Notes: a model not told the origin generated them from the letters alone. A stretch of 64,000 bases of DNA from Candidatus Limnocylindrus sp. (GCA_040397175.1 JBBAWM010000003.1:83599-147598), one strand, 5' to 3'. Positions 1 through 10,095 are shown, counted from the stretch's first letter. Translations and numbers: made by a program.

Positions 1-860
1 AGGTTACGACCGCCGCTGGCAAAGCGATCGGATCTGGTGTCATCTATTCCGCTGATGGTTGGATCGTAACCAATAAGCACGTGGTCGCCGATGAGACCGC
101 AATCGTCGTGCACCTTAAAGACGGCCGTGACTTCACTGGCACCGTCTACGGCATCGACACCCTCACAGATCTTGCCGTGGTGAAGATCGATGCTGCCGGT
201 TTGCCTACCGCAACACTCGGGCGCTCAGGCGGTATCAAGGTGGGGCAAACCGCCATTGCAATCGGCTCGCCACTCGGCGTTTACACCAACTCCGTTACCG
301 CCGGCATCATCTCAGCACTCGGTCGTGACATCACAACGGAGAGTGGATCGATCCACGGTCTGATTCAAACGGACGCCGCAATCAACCCAGGCAACTCCGG
401 TGGAGCACTGGTTGACTCCAGTGGTGCCGTGATCGGCATCAACACCGCCATCTCAACGGAAGGCTCTGGTATTGGGTTTGCGATCCCCATCGATATCGCT
501 CGGCCGATCCTTGAGCAGGCCCTTGCGGGCAAGGCCCTCTCACGGCCGTGGATCGGTGTGCGCTACACGGCACTCGACCTGCGGATTGCGACAGAGAACA
601 AGCTCTTCGTGAGTGCCGGCGCGTGGATCGCCGCCGACGGCACAACGTCACCGATCATTGCGGGGAGCCCAGCGGAGGCGGCAGGACTGAAGGATGGCGA
701 CATCATTACTGCGGTCAACGACACCTTGATCGATGAGGTGCACCCACTACAAGACCTGCTGGTGCAATACGCGCCAGGAACGTCGATCAAGTTGACGGTG
801 ATTCGTGATGGCTCGACGATCACCATCACGCTGGAGTTGGGGATCCGCCCGAAAGAGTAG
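1..860 (+). CDS. htrA: HtrA/DegP-family trypsin-like serine protease with C-terminal PDZ domain; 5' end lies outside the window
   Basis: Reading frame is open from window position 3 (…GWIVTNKHVVADE…, catalytic His region). GNSGGAL serine motif and a PDZ-like C-terminus are present. The track ORF 81..860 begins at an internal GTG. Confidence 0.85.
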   Translation, partial: VTTAAGKAIGSGVIYSADGWIVTNKHVVADETAIVVHLKDGRDFTGTVYGIDTLTDLAVVKIDAAGLPTATLGRSGGIKVGQTAIAIGSPLGVYTNSVTAGIISALGRDITTESGSIHGLIQTDAAINPGNSGGALVDSSGAVIGINTAISTEGSGIGFAIPIDIARPILEQALAGKALSRPWIGVRYTALDLRIATENKLFVSAGAWIAADGTTSPIIAGSPAEAAGLKDGDIITAVNDTLIDEVHPLQDLLVQYAPGTSIKLTVIRDGSTITITLELGIRPKE

Positions 861-878
861 TCCGACGGGTTGGTAGCC

Positions 879-2225
879 TTACGGCTTCCGTACGACTTCA
901 ACGCCCGCCCAATCTATCGGCGCTGCCACGGCAGCTTGCGGTTTGCGGACTCGAACGCGTACCTCGTACACCGTCGCACCGCTCGTTGCTACGACCTCCA
1001 TGGCGCCGTCGGCGATGCGCTCGGCGAGCGCCTCAATGAGGTCGGCGTGGCCACCAGCGCCCACTCGTTCAATAGCGACGCGAACGAGCTCGCTGTAATC
1101 GACAGAGGCGGCGAGTGCGTCACCGCGACCGGCCGGGGCAAGGTCGGCATCAACCTCAACGTCGACGAAGAATGGCTGTGGCTTCTGATGCTCCTCTGGG
1201 TAGACACCATGCGCCGCATCAAAGCGCACGTTGCGCACGGTGATGCGGTCACGCTGGCTCGGACGCGGAGGTCGATCGGCACGATTTGGGTTGGGACCGA
1301 TGGCATCGTCAGGCTGATCTCCTCGTGCGCGTAGGGCAGCGTCGATGACGCGCACGGCGTCACGGTTCTCCCGCACATCATGAACTCGCACGATATCGAC
1401 CCCGACGATTGCACCGAGCGCACTCGTGGCCAGGGTGGCAGCGAGGCGGTCGGCTGGCGCGCCATCGATCACGCGCCCCAGGGTGGACTTGCGGCTGGTG
1501 CCGAGCAGCACCGGGTGGCCCAGGTCCCGCAGGGCGCCGAGGAGGCGCAGGCTCACAAGGTTCTGTGCGGGCCCCTTCCCGAAGCCGAATCCAGGATCGA
1601 GGATCAGCCGCTCTGGCGGGATGCCGAGGGCGCGCCCACGCGCGGCAACCGTCGCCATCTCCTCTAAGAACTCTTCGGGAAAATTGGCTGCGTGCGCGCC
1701 GGTGGCGATCTCCCGACGGTTATGCATGACGACGATTGGCACGTTGCGCTCTGCGGCAAGTCGAAGCATCTCATCGCCTGAGCGCGTGCCCCAGATGTCA
1801 TTCAGCATGTGCGCCCCAGCGTCGAGTGCGGCGGCGGCAACGTCGACCTTCTGGGTATCGGCGCTGAGCGCCAGTGTTGGCAGCACTCGGCGCAGTCGTT
1901 CAATGGCAGGGACCAGGCGCGCGATCTCATCGGCCGCCGAGATCTCGGTGTGCCCCGGACGTGTTGACTCAGCACCAAGGTCGAGCAGATCGGCTCCGTC
2001 ACGCACGGCGGTGCGCGCGAGCAACTCCACGCGATCCAACAGTTCGACGGTCGCTTCCAATGAGGTCATCAACCCATCTCCTGAGAAGCTATCCGGAGTG
2101 AGGTTTGCCACCGCCATCACGTAGGTGCGGCTCCCCCATACGACGTGCAGGGGGCCGATCGTCGTAGCTGGAATCGGTGCATAGGAGTAGCTGAGCGCTT
2201 CGCGGTTCATGGAGGCCTCACTCAT
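879..2225 (-). CDS. folP: Bifunctional dihydropteroate synthase / dihydroneopterin aldolase (FolP-FolB fusion)
   Basis: About 290 aa N-terminal pterin-binding DHPS domain, a Pro/Arg-rich linker, then about 120 aa FolB-like domain (ITVRNVRFDAAHGVYPEE…YSELV). The ATGA overlap with upstream folC suggests translational coupling. Confidence 0.85.
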   Translation of the reverse strand: MSEASMNREALSYSYAPIPATTIGPLHVVWGSRTYVMAVANLTPDSFSGDGLMTSLEATVELLDRVELLARTAVRDGADLLDLGAESTRPGHTEISAADEIARLVPAIERLRRVLPTLALSADTQKVDVAAAALDAGAHMLNDIWGTRSGDEMLRLAAERNVPIVVMHNRREIATGAHAANFPEEFLEEMATVAARGRALGIPPERLILDPGFGFGKGPAQNLVSLRLLGALRDLGHPVLLGTSRKSTLGRVIDGAPADRLAATLATSALGAIVGVDIVRVHDVRENRDAVRVIDAALRARGDQPDDAIGPNPNRADRPPRPSQRDRITVRNVRFDAAHGVYPEEHQKPQPFFVDVEVDADLAPAGRGDALAASVDYSELVRVAIERVGAGGHADLIEALAERIADGAMEVVATSGATVYEVRVRVRKPQAAVAAPIDWAGVEVVRKP

Positions 2226-3706
2226 GTCGCTGATCCTGCCACGTCATCACGGCTTCCGTCATCTGGAAGAACACCTCGCCTCATGAGTTCACCGCGGATC
2301 GCACCAACCAGATACAACGAACCGGCAGCAATGACTGAACCCTGCTGCTGCGCAGCAAGCACGAGTGCCGCGTTTGGGTTTGCAGCGACTTGCACCTGTG
2401 CGCCCAAACCATTGGCGCGGGCCGCTGCCGCAAGCTGCTCAGGGGCAAGGGAGCGCACATCACCAACGCTCGTACAGATCACGTGCGCGGCACGGAGCAT
2501 TGGTGCGGATGCCAACGCCTTGCTCAGCTCCGAGAACGACTTGTCGGCCATCACTGCAAGGATCAACACGGCGGGTATGTTTCGTGTGCCGTTGGCGCTC
2601 AGGAGGTGCGGTCCGAGATCTTCGAGTGCTGTGGCGAGTGCCGCGGCACCATCTTCATTGTGTGCACCGTCAAGGAGTAGATCGCGTGCATCGCCCCCGC
2701 CGAGCGCGTTCGAGATCAGCTCCATCCGACCCGGCCAACGCGCCGCAGCAAAACCGGTGCGCATCTCGTCGTCACTGACCGAGGCGATCCCTGCATCACG
2801 AAGTGCGTCGAGTGTCGCTGCTGCGACCGCCGCGTTCGCCCCTTGGTGTCGTCCGAGCAAACTAACGTGCACCGCCCCGCGACCCTCAAGCTCTACCTCT
2901 ATGCCATCACGGCCAAGCGAACGAATTTCGCCAGCACGAGCAATCGTGAATGGCGCGCCAACGCGTTGCGCACGATGGCGAATCACATCCAGGGCACCAC
3001 CGCGCTCGCTCGCGCCAATCACTGCACGATCTCCGCGCACGATGATCGCCGCCTTCTCTTTGGCAATCGCCTCGATGGTGTCGCCCAGGTATTGCTGATG
3101 GTCCAAGCCCACATTCGTCACGACCGCAACACCGCCATCCCAGGCATGCGTCGCATCGAGCCGGCCGCCAAGCCCAACCTCAACGATCGCCGTAGTGACC
3201 TCAGCCTGGTGCAGCGCCGCAAAGATGGCGCCGACGAGGATCTCGAACTCGGTCGCTGGCCCGACACGAGCCTCAATCTGGTCGGCGGCATCGAGGGCGC
3301 GCGCAACCGCCTGCGCAAACGGCAGCGGGGCGAGTGGCTGTCCGTCGATCTGCACCCGCTCGCGGTAGCTAACGAGGTGCGGCTTCGGCGTGGTGGCGTG
3401 GCGAATCCCCGCCGCGCGGAGGGCCGCCGAGACGAGGGCGACGACACTCCCCTTGCCGTTGGTTCCGGCGACGAGTGCGCCACGGACACCCGCTTCAGGC
3501 GATCCAAGTGCGCGCAGGAGGGCATTTGATCGCCCGAGTCCCATGCGAATGCCGAAGCGTCCTCGCGACTCGAGCGCTACGAGTGCGGCACGCCACGCGT
3601 CGGCACCTCGCCCCTCTCCTGCGGCAAGAACGACCTCGGCGCGAGCACGCGCAACGCGATCGCGCATCTCGAGGATCAACTGTGGGTCACTCGGCTGATC
3701 GGGCAT
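2222..3706 (-). CDS. folC: Dihydrofolate synthase / folylpolyglutamate synthase
   Basis: Mur-ligase-family signature (GTNGKGS P-loop; RMELI…LLDGAHNEDGAAAL). Start is uncertain: the track ORF extends to 3823, M40 at 3706 was chosen, and M53 is also possible. Confidence 0.8.
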   Translation of the reverse strand: MPDQPSDPQLILEMRDRVARARAEVVLAAGEGRGADAWRAALVALESRGRFGIRMGLGRSNALLRALGSPEAGVRGALVAGTNGKGSVVALVSAALRAAGIRHATTPKPHLVSYRERVQIDGQPLAPLPFAQAVARALDAADQIEARVGPATEFEILVGAIFAALHQAEVTTAIVEVGLGGRLDATHAWDGGVAVVTNVGLDHQQYLGDTIEAIAKEKAAIIVRGDRAVIGASERGGALDVIRHRAQRVGAPFTIARAGEIRSLGRDGIEVELEGRGAVHVSLLGRHQGANAAVAAATLDALRDAGIASVSDDEMRTGFAAARWPGRMELISNALGGGDARDLLLDGAHNEDGAAALATALEDLGPHLLSANGTRNIPAVLILAVMADKSFSELSKALASAPMLRAAHVICTSVGDVRSLAPEQLAAAARANGLGAQVQVAANPNAALVLAAQQQGSVIAAGSLYLVGAIRGELMRRGVLPDDGSRDDVAGSAT

Positions 3707-3752
3707 CGTTGGAGCGTAGCGGTCTCGGCGCGCTGCGTGCGAGAATCGCCCC

Positions 3753-4919
3753 ATGGGACTCTTCCGTCGATCGAGTTCGAAGCCACCACGGCGCGGCCTT
3801 CCAGGCCGTTCCGAGGGGTACACACCCCCCTACCGCGTTGAGTCCACCTCGCATCGATCTACCTCCTCACGCAGCATTGGTGGAACGATCGCAACGACCC
3901 TCTCTGCGTTCATCACGCTCTTCGTCATTGTCGGGGCCATCGGCCTCGCAGTTGTTGCGCTTCCGCTCATCACCACGTTCGGCGGCAACGCGTCGCCAAC
4001 GCCGCCACCCGCCTCACTTGAGCCGGGACGGCCAACCCTGACAGCGCCGAGCGATCCAATCACTTCCGCATCAACGATTACCGTCAGTGGCACGCTCCCA
4101 CAAGACCTTCTCGACAAAGGTGATGCGACGATTCGCATCCTCATTACCCGTGACGATGGCTCGGTGATTACCGCGGCCGAAATCAAGATGCCGAAGACAG
4201 CAGGGTTTGACGTTGCCCAGATTCCGCTCTCCTCGGGCAAGAACGTCATTGAGGCGGCCGTGGTCATCAATGGTGTTGAGGGGACGCGCTCCGCTCCGAT
4301 CACCGTCGTGCGCGATACGAGTGCACCGGTGCTCACCATCACGGCACCCACCCCTGGCGAGATCATGAATGGCGACTCTGTCACCGTGACGGGAAAGACG
4401 GACAAGGATATTGACGTTCAGGTCCGCAACGAAACAACTGGGACAATCGAGAGTGGTCGCACCACGACGAAGGGTGCCTTCGCCATCGACATCACACTGC
4501 GCAATGGCGCCAACGTGCTGACGATCACCGCAACAGATGGCGCAGGGAACCAGACTTCAAAGAGCGTCGAGATTTCAACCAGCGCATCGGTCGGTCGAAT
4601 CTCCATAGTCTTGAATCCAGGGACGATCATTTTAAGCAAGAAGCCAATCGCATTCCGCATCACTTCAACGGCTACAGATTCAAGCGGCGCACCAGCGGCG
4701 AATGTGCGGGTGTGTATGTATGTGACTCCATATAGAATGAAGCCGAGCGATCCAGTCTGCGTCACCTCTGACGTCAATGGGCGAGCGGCATGGGATTATG
4801 TGTTCCCCGACAGCTACGTCGATGAGGGGCGCGGGTTGGTGACGGTGAGCTATGAGCTTGCGGTTGGAGATCCGATCTTGGGGACGCAGAGTTTTCACTC
4901 CTACCTGGTAAAGCCGTGA
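3753..4919 (+). CDS. Membrane-anchored surface protein with tandem bacterial Ig-like (Big) domains
   Basis: N-terminal TM helix (AFITLFVIVGAIGLAVVALPLI) followed by repeated SAPVLTITAP / TGKTD…GAFAIDITL beta-sandwich-like modules. The C-terminal third has markedly lower GC. Start is uncertain. Confidence 0.6.
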   Translation: MGLFRRSSSKPPRRGLPGRSEGYTPPYRVESTSHRSTSSRSIGGTIATTLSAFITLFVIVGAIGLAVVALPLITTFGGNASPTPPPASLEPGRPTLTAPSDPITSASTITVSGTLPQDLLDKGDATIRILITRDDGSVITAAEIKMPKTAGFDVAQIPLSSGKNVIEAAVVINGVEGTRSAPITVVRDTSAPVLTITAPTPGEIMNGDSVTVTGKTDKDIDVQVRNETTGTIESGRTTTKGAFAIDITLRNGANVLTITATDGAGNQTSKSVEISTSASVGRISIVLNPGTIILSKKPIAFRITSTATDSSGAPAANVRVCMYVTPYRMKPSDPVCVTSDVNGRAAWDYVFPDSYVDEGRGLVTVSYELAVGDPILGTQSFHSYLVKP

Positions 4920-5242
4920 GTGCTGCGCCAGCCCTCACCTGGCGCTGTCCAACGTGTAACGCCATCCAAGAGGAGTCTGGGCAGTGCTGGGTCTGCAAGA
5001 CACCAACTGCGTCGTGCGGAAGTTGCCGACACATGCGTCGATCGGTCATTGGCAAGATCTCGTACTGCGGCATCGATAAGAAGCGTCGACTTGTCGCGGA
5101 GATCGACGTGAAGGAGTGTTGGACCGCCCCTGTGCCCTTGCAGGCCGCAGCACAGCGAGAGCGTGGAGTAGATGGAACGCTCGCGGAACGTCCTCGGTTG
5201 AGTTGGGTGAGTGGCGGACTCTGGGAGGGCCTAGAGGCCTAG
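4916..5242 (+). CDS. Small Cys-rich zinc-ribbon protein (hypothetical)
   Basis: CPTC…CWVC…CGSC spacing typical of a zinc ribbon. Its GTG start overlaps the stop of the upstream gene. Coding status is not proven. Confidence 0.35.
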   Translation: MSAAPALTWRCPTCNAIQEESGQCWVCKTPTASCGSCRHMRRSVIGKISYCGIDKKRRLVAEIDVKECWTAPVPLQAAAQRERGVDGTLAERPRLSWVSGGLWEGLEA

Positions 5243-5247
5243 CCGCG

Positions 5248-7068
5248 CTACGGACAACCGGTGATCGGCGTACCTGCTGGCGCACTCGTCACGATCGTAA
5301 TCTCACTCCCAGGTTCCACGAAGACTCCGACGAGCGGCGTGAACGTGTCGATGCGATCAGTTTCGGTCAGCGCCGCTGAGGCAGTGCTCAACGAGAGGCC
5401 GAGCTCCGTCAGGATCGCCTTCGCGTCGCGGACGCTCGAGCAGCGGAGATCCGGAACCTGTGGCCAGTCGGCCCCGCTCGAGCTTGCCGAAGGGCTTGGC
5501 GATGGCTCCACACCAAGGGAGATGACGATATCGATCGCCGTTCCACCCGATACCTGCACCCCTGGACGCGGATTCTGTTGGATCACCTCACCGACTGGCA
5601 CCGTGTCGGAGTATTCCGTAAAGGTCGCGCCGCGGACCAGCCGTGCCCCAGTCAGTGCTGCGGCGGCATCTACCTCACTCTTTCCACGAACATCGGGGAC
5701 CACCACAAAACCGGTACCGGCCACAACCCGAACCTCAATGATGGTGTTCAACGGCACCAGGGTTTCGCTGCCTGGCGACTGCGAGAGGATCGTGTCCACC
5801 GGCTGATCATTTGAGGTGACCCGCTCAACAACCTGAACGCGCAGGCCAAGTCCCTCAGCGATCGGGATCGCCTCAGCAAGCGTGAGCGTGGTGAGGCTCG
5901 GCACCTTCACGTTGTTATCCGGGCCGATTCCGGCGGAGAACACCCGCAGCGCCAAGATCACACCCCCCACAAGGAGGAGCGCGGTAAGTGCGACGCCGCC
6001 GATCGCCAAGAGCATCGTGCGCAGCGACATCGTGTCACCCGCGCCAGAGGGATCCTCACCGCCCACATCGTTCGGGTCCGGCAGTGTCTCGGGCTCACCC
6101 GGTCCAGCCTCTGCTGCAACTCGTGCGACACGTGTTCCCGCAAGGGCACGTGGTGCTCCGGCGGCGGGCCCAACCGGTCGCGACGGAACGGCGGTGCGAT
6201 TCGCCTGTACGACATAGGTTTCGAGCGCATCTGCGGCGGCGGTGGCGTTGACGTAGCGCTCATTCGGTTTCGGCGCCAGCAGTCGCATCGTGATCAGGTC
6301 GAGCTCCTGCGAGATATCGGGTCGCAGCTCGCGAGGCGATGGGGCTGGTGATTGGCCGCGGCGCTCCTTCAGCTCTGCGCCACTCAAGCGGTCAAATGGG
6401 CGATGCCCCGTTAGGAGCTCAAAGAGCACAACGCCGAGGCCGAAGACGTCTGATGCTGCGGTCTGTGGTCCGCCCGCCAACACCTCGGGCGCTAGGTACC
6501 CAACTGAACCTTCGGGCCGCTGCCCGCTCCGCGCGGCCGCTTCACTTCCGTCAACCTCGTGCATTGCCTGTGCAATACCGAAGTCGGCGATCTGCGCACG
6601 ACCTTCTCGATTGATCAAGATGTTGCGCGACGAGACGTCGCGATGGATGATGCCGCGCACATGTGCAGCGGCAAGTCCACGAGCGACTTGCGCGGCAACG
6701 GCTGCTGCACGACGCGGGACAAGCGGACCCACTCGTCGCAACATGGAGGCCAGGTCCTCGCCGTCGACGAACTCCATGACGATGGCTGGGGTTTCGCCAT
6801 CCGGCGCAACGTCGAAGACGGCGGCAACATTCGGGTGTGCGACGATTGCGGCGGCGCGACCCTCGGCGCGGAATCGATCAGCGGCGGCACGCGATGTTGC
6901 GAGCGGCGCGCGCAGCACCTTTACGGCTACGTCGCGGCCGAGCGCCTCATCGGTTGCGCGAAAGACGAGTGCAGCGGCCCCTTCACCGATCAGCTCTTGT
7001 AGGCGATATCGACCGGCAACCAGGTCACCGGGCTTCAGCGTTCCCTCATCGCGCTCTGATGGTGTCAT
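5248..7068 (-). CDS. pknB: Ser/Thr protein kinase with C-terminal PASTA repeats (PknB-like)
   Basis: Hanks kinase motifs (VAVK, HRDVSSRNILI, DFGIA), a TM segment, then two PASTA-like modules (VPDVRGKS…, VPDLRCSSVRDA…). Confidence 0.9.
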   Translation of the reverse strand: MTPSERDEGTLKPGDLVAGRYRLQELIGEGAAALVFRATDEALGRDVAVKVLRAPLATSRAAADRFRAEGRAAAIVAHPNVAAVFDVAPDGETPAIVMEFVDGEDLASMLRRVGPLVPRRAAAVAAQVARGLAAAHVRGIIHRDVSSRNILINREGRAQIADFGIAQAMHEVDGSEAAARSGQRPEGSVGYLAPEVLAGGPQTAASDVFGLGVVLFELLTGHRPFDRLSGAELKERRGQSPAPSPRELRPDISQELDLITMRLLAPKPNERYVNATAAADALETYVVQANRTAVPSRPVGPAAGAPRALAGTRVARVAAEAGPGEPETLPDPNDVGGEDPSGAGDTMSLRTMLLAIGGVALTALLLVGGVILALRVFSAGIGPDNNVKVPSLTTLTLAEAIPIAEGLGLRVQVVERVTSNDQPVDTILSQSPGSETLVPLNTIIEVRVVAGTGFVVVPDVRGKSEVDAAAALTGARLVRGATFTEYSDTVPVGEVIQQNPRPGVQVSGGTAIDIVISLGVEPSPSPSASSSGADWPQVPDLRCSSVRDAKAILTELGLSLSTASAALTETDRIDTFTPLVGVFVEPGSEITIVTSAPAGTPITGCP

Positions 7069-7952
7069 GACAGGCGATCACGCTCTTCTTCGATCGCCTT
7101 GCGCACAATAGGTCCGTACATCGGATGGTCGAGCGCAACGTGGATGTTGGCGCGAAGCCACCCCTCTGGCGATCCGACGTCGTATCGCGTTCCGGTGAAG
7201 TGGCGTCCAACCACTGGCTGCTCTTGGGCCAGGGTATGGATTGCGTCGGTGAGCTGGATCTCACCGTTCAGGCCGTGGGGCGTTTGCTCCAATCGCTCGA
7301 AAATCTTTGGGCCGAGAATGTAGCGACCAACCACCGCAAGATCGGATGGAGCGTGCGCTGCGTCGGGCTTCTCAACGACGCCGCGGAGCGGAATGGTTCG
7401 GCCCTGATCGCTGATTGGCAGCGTGGTGTCGGGGTCAACAATGCCGTAGCGGTGTGTCTCTGATGGCGCGACACGCATTACGCCGAGTACCGACGCCTGT
7501 GTCGCTACATACGCCTCGATCAGCTCGGCAAGCGCGGGGGTTTCGCCAAAGATCAGGTCGTCGGGGAGCATGACCGCAAAAGGCTCATGACCTACGGCGT
7601 CTTGCGCCATCAGCACGGCGTGGCCAAGGCCGAGCTGCTCTTTCTGACGGATCGTCACAAGGTGCACCATGTCGGCAACCGCGCGCACCGCACGAAGGTG
7701 CTCAATGTCGCCACGCTGCTCCAGGATCGCCTCGAGGTCGGCCGAGATGTCGAAGTGATCTTCGATCGCCCGTTTATGTTCACTCGTCACCAGAATAACC
7801 CGCTCGATTCCCGCCGCAACCGCCTCTTCAATGGCGTACTGAATGGCGGGCCGATCAACGATCGGGAGCAGCTCCTTGGGCACGGCCTTCGTCGCAGGAA
7901 GGAATCGGGTGCCCCATCCGGCTACTGGGAGAACTGCGGTGCGGATCTTCAT
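7065..7952 (-). CDS. galU: UTP--glucose-1-phosphate uridylyltransferase
   Basis: AVLPVAGWGTRFLPATKAVPKELLPIVD N-terminus and VEKP motif. 4-nt overlap with the pknB start. Confidence 0.9.
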   Translation of the reverse strand: MKIRTAVLPVAGWGTRFLPATKAVPKELLPIVDRPAIQYAIEEAVAAGIERVILVTSEHKRAIEDHFDISADLEAILEQRGDIEHLRAVRAVADMVHLVTIRQKEQLGLGHAVLMAQDAVGHEPFAVMLPDDLIFGETPALAELIEAYVATQASVLGVMRVAPSETHRYGIVDPDTTLPISDQGRTIPLRGVVEKPDAAHAPSDLAVVGRYILGPKIFERLEQTPHGLNGEIQLTDAIHTLAQEQPVVGRHFTGTRYDVGSPEGWLRANIHVALDHPMYGPIVRKAIEEERDRLS

Positions 7953-7989
7953 TGGGGCCTCCGTGCGGTGCTGGGGTTCAGGATACCAG

Positions 7990-9033
7990 TCACCCCTCGT
8001 GGCGAACCCACCTCAATAGTGCACGGATTGGCGTGCCAACGAGTGGCAGGCGCACCTCGCTTGGCGCTTCAACGCTGGCGAGGAAGCCGCAGAGCAAGAG
8101 CAGTGCCCCGAGGAGCTTTCCGGCCTGATACCCCTCAGTCGAACCGGCACGATTCAAGGTATCGGTGAGGCTTGGCACAAAGGCGCCGAGGGCAATGAGC
8201 GCCGTTGCCGGTACGCGGCGGTTTAGGGTGCCAGCGCGCCATGCTCGCCAGGCATCGGGAACGCTGCGCACGAAGTTCACGGTAAGGGCTACTGGGGCAA
8301 TCGCAAGGTTGAAGAGCAGCTCGTCACCACGCTGATCAGGATCACTCGAGTAGGGGAGCACGCGGCGCTTCGGCATGAAAACGTAGATCGAAAAGAGGGC
8401 GCCAGTCAGGAGCGCGAGTCCACCACTCACATTCAAGATCGGTGTGAGCAGGCGCAGTGCAGGCGGAAGCAAGAGGGCAATCGGCGCACCAGTCGCCGGG
8501 TCGGTCGCCCAGCCCGGTGGCGGGAGTCGTACGACCACCATGAGTGGCACTGCGGCGGCGCTCAACACTGCGGTTAACGAGATCGCAACACGCGCCCAGC
8601 GCACATTACCCATGTACGAGAGCCAGCCAATGGCAATTGCAGCGCCCCACGCGGTCAGTGAGTAGAGCAGCGCCGTTGGCCCAGCAGATGGATCTTCGAG
8701 TCGGCGTGCGACCAGAATCGTAAAGAGGCCAGAGAGTGCTAAGCAGAGCGCATACCAATAACCGAAGCGCGTTTTCGCGAGCAGCAGAATGGTTCCAGCG
8801 CCAAGCCATCCTGCAGTCCATACCGCACCAAAGAGATACCAAACGCGATAGATCGGCTCGCTCCAACCTACGACGGCCGCGAGTGCCTCCGCTCCAGCGG
8901 CAATCGCAAAGGCAAGCGCACCAATGCCCCACGCCAACTGATACGCGCCCCGACGGGATCGATACTGATCAATGAGCAGTGCTGCGAACAGCAGGGCGAA
9001 GAGTGCGGTGAGTGTTGGTAGGAGCGTGGTCAC
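7990..9033 (-). CDS. Polytopic integral membrane protein (hypothetical)
   Basis: 347-aa ORF with about 9 hydrophobic helices and Trp/Gly-rich loops. No recognisable catalytic motif. Confidence 0.6.
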   Translation of the reverse strand: MTTLLPTLTALFALLFAALLIDQYRSRRGAYQLAWGIGALAFAIAAGAEALAAVVGWSEPIYRVWYLFGAVWTAGWLGAGTILLLAKTRFGYWYALCLALSGLFTILVARRLEDPSAGPTALLYSLTAWGAAIAIGWLSYMGNVRWARVAISLTAVLSAAAVPLMVVVRLPPPGWATDPATGAPIALLLPPALRLLTPILNVSGGLALLTGALFSIYVFMPKRRVLPYSSDPDQRGDELLFNLAIAPVALTVNFVRSVPDAWRAWRAGTLNRRVPATALIALGAFVPSLTDTLNRAGSTEGYQAGKLLGALLLLCGFLASVEAPSEVRLPLVGTPIRALLRWVRHEG

Positions 9034-9045
9034 GCCAGGTCCGGC

Positions 9046-9402
9046 CTACGCCGGCTGAAACTCGTGTGCATCGTGATGCAGGCCATCACAGAGGCCAAAC
9101 TCGGCGCCAGCGCCGTGTGGCAGACGGATCGGTCGCATGATCTCGCGCACACCACTGCGGTCGCAACGGAGCCAGCCACGCTCTGCCATCCAGCGCGGCG
9201 GGCAGGCGGGATCGGTGCAGAACTGAAATGGTCCAGGATTGATCGGCGATGGCTCGCCGAACGATGGGGCAACTTCCGTTGCGGTGGTGTCGAGCACGCT
9301 GATGCGAAACGGGGTGCCAGCGATCTGCGCCGAGCAGCCATCGCATCGCGCGGCACTATTCTCGGCGATGATGGTGGGGATGCGGATGCCATTCACTTCC
9401 AT
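9046..9402 (-). CDS. Cys/His-rich hypothetical protein (possible metal-binding)
   Basis: CDGC…C..PAC…C…C…HHDAHEF pattern. Start taken at internal Met (MEVNG); the track ORF extends to 9498. Confidence 0.45.
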   Translation of the reverse strand: MEVNGIRIPTIIAENSAARCDGCSAQIAGTPFRISVLDTTATEVAPSFGEPSPINPGPFQFCTDPACPPRWMAERGWLRCDRSGVREIMRPIRLPHGAGAEFGLCDGLHHDAHEFQPA

Positions 9403-9544
9403 AGGAATCTGATCGTACCTGAGGCTGCGCCGACCTGGCGCCGAGCGCAGCCCCGTCGGTGACCCGGCTACGGAGGCCGACGAGCCGTAGCTCACCACAA
9501 ACGCCGAGAAGGTCGTACCCTAGAGCCATGAGGATGCTGACGAG

Positions 9545-9883
9545 ATGAGTGCGCCCGCCAAACTACGAAGCCGCCTTCGCGGCGTGGTCTCCCTCGGCAC
9601 CTTCGTTGCCGTGGTCGTCGCGGTTGGCGTCTCCCTCCTCTACCTCGCCTGGGTCGCCACCATTCGCAATGCTGACCAGATCGGTGAGCTCTCGGTGGGC
9701 ACCTTCGTCGTTGGCCTCTCCTGCGCATTTGCGTCGCTCATGCTCACGATCAGCATGATCCGCGCGATTCGCGGCGCCCGCGATGGGCGGGCGATGCTCG
9801 CCGCCCTCTTGGCTGGTGGCTTCGCCATCGCCGCGGGAATCGCCCTCGGCGCGTCGAACATCCTCGGCAAGCTCGCCTCCTAG
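9545..9883 (+). CDS. Small membrane protein (hypothetical)
   Basis: 112 aa containing three hydrophobic helices. Confidence 0.5.
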   Translation: MSAPAKLRSRLRGVVSLGTFVAVVVAVGVSLLYLAWVATIRNADQIGELSVGTFVVGLSCAFASLMLTISMIRAIRGARDGRAMLAALLAGGFAIAAGIALGASNILGKLAS

Positions 9884-9923
9884 GGGCGGCGCCCTAGGAG
9901 CGGTGCTACGCTGCGAGCCGCGC

Positions 9924-10000
9924 GCCCCTGTCGTCTAGAGGCCTAGGACGCCACCCTTTCAAGGTGGAGATCACGGGTTCGAATCCCGTCGGGGGTACCA
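9924..10000 (+). tRNA. tRNA-Glu (anticodon TTC)
   Basis: Cloverleaf read manually: acceptor GCCCCTG/CGGGGGT, GTCTAGAGGCCTAGGAC D-arm nearly identical to E. coli tRNA-Glu, anticodon loop CTTTCAA, T-loop GGTTCGAATCC, 3' CCA encoded. Confidence 0.85.
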
Positions 10001-10095
10001 CCCCACCGCGCAACCCCCCGCACGCATGGGATGCCACGAGGATCCGTACGTCGGGGCGTCGGGTGCAGAAGTGGCACCCGTGGCATCCTGAAGTC

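Noticed and set aside
1426-3698. Multiple plus-strand ORFs (1426..2124, 2145..3098, 2843..3529, 3390..3698) inside folP/folC
   Set aside because: Frames opposite to strongly conserved folate genes; Ala/Arg/Ser-rich translations characteristic of GC-rich antisense frames.
9064-9462. Plus-strand 132-aa ORF overlapping the minus-strand Cys/His-rich gene
   Set aside because: The minus-strand frame has more protein-like composition and cysteine patterning; the plus frame looks like an antisense artefact.
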